From Amphiscolops sp. MND2022 (lineage: Eukaryota), in the NCBI GenBank assembly GCA_964187785.1, contig OZ076415.1, positions 37,758,001 through 37,822,000 on the forward strand: a DNA stretch of 64,000 nt. Reading direction: 5' to 3'. Below are positions 63,571-64,000 of the stretch, in pieces (the stretch's first letter is position 1; each line of letters begins with the position of its first letter). The translations under genes were made by a program, and so were the position numbers. The notes beneath the pieces were generated by a model. That model ran no database searches. It was not told the DNA's origin and saw only the letters and a list, made by a program, of their open reading frames with translations.

Positions 63571-64000
63571 GACAATCAAACATGCAACATTTCTACTATC
63601 ACCCTGGCATCAAAATCTTATCGAACTTTTTCTATCGGTATATGAACAAAAAATTAGTCAATCATCATTTTTTCGATTGATCACAATTTTTTTGGTCCAC
63701 AGCAGTTCCTCTAACAAGACACACGTAAGCCTTTTTACAGCTATTTAATGAAACAGAATGGAAAACCCTATTTTCTGTTTGATTTTATTATGGGGAACTG
63801 AAGTACAAAAAAGTTTTTTGAGAACGTCTTTGTTTATTCAAAGGGGAATTGTTTATCTGAGAAGGAATCTAGCACTATTTATTGACAGAGTCTAATGTTT
63901 TTCGTAGTAGTCTAAATTTTTGGGGTTCAAAACGTCTTTGTAAGAGTGTAAAGTCCAATTGTATAACTTTCTCTTCGATTGTCCGCAGACTTTTGTTTTC

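Noticed and set aside
63558-63572. TCAGAGCC resembling the tail of the copia tRNA-iMet PBS
   Set aside because: It is on the wrong strand relative to the copia coding sequence and overlaps the gag start; treated as coincidence.

Overview
This is AT-rich, non-prokaryotic DNA, most likely from an invertebrate animal; the species cannot be determined from the sequence. It is almost entirely a graveyard of decayed transposable elements, and I can support no intact protein-coding gene, rRNA, functional tRNA or CRISPR array. Recognisable elements are: a full-length Ty3/Gypsy LTR retrotransposon (910-5888, TTGCC target-site duplication); two BEL/Pao LTR retrotransposons (~35941-43710 and 49409-56044); a Ty1/copia gag-protease-integrase remnant on the minus strand (~61430-63570); a DD34E Tc1 transposon (22824-24112); a hAT (Charlie/Buster-like) transposase remnant; a non-LTR (LINE) RT remnant; and several non-autonomous repeat families (one Helentron/HINE-like, one TIR MITE, one built from AGATCT palindromes). 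The top finding is an extra, frameshifted SGNH/GDSL hydrolase gene between the 5' LTR and gag of the second BEL/Pao element, with all four catalytic blocks recoverable. Second is a perfect 219-bp palindrome nested in a smaller hairpin. Both BEL elements independently lost their RNase H core at junctions that look microhomology-like. A few weak, unverified exon-like segments on the minus strand may belong to a host membrane-protein gene. All alignments, identities and motif calls were made by eye, with no database search.
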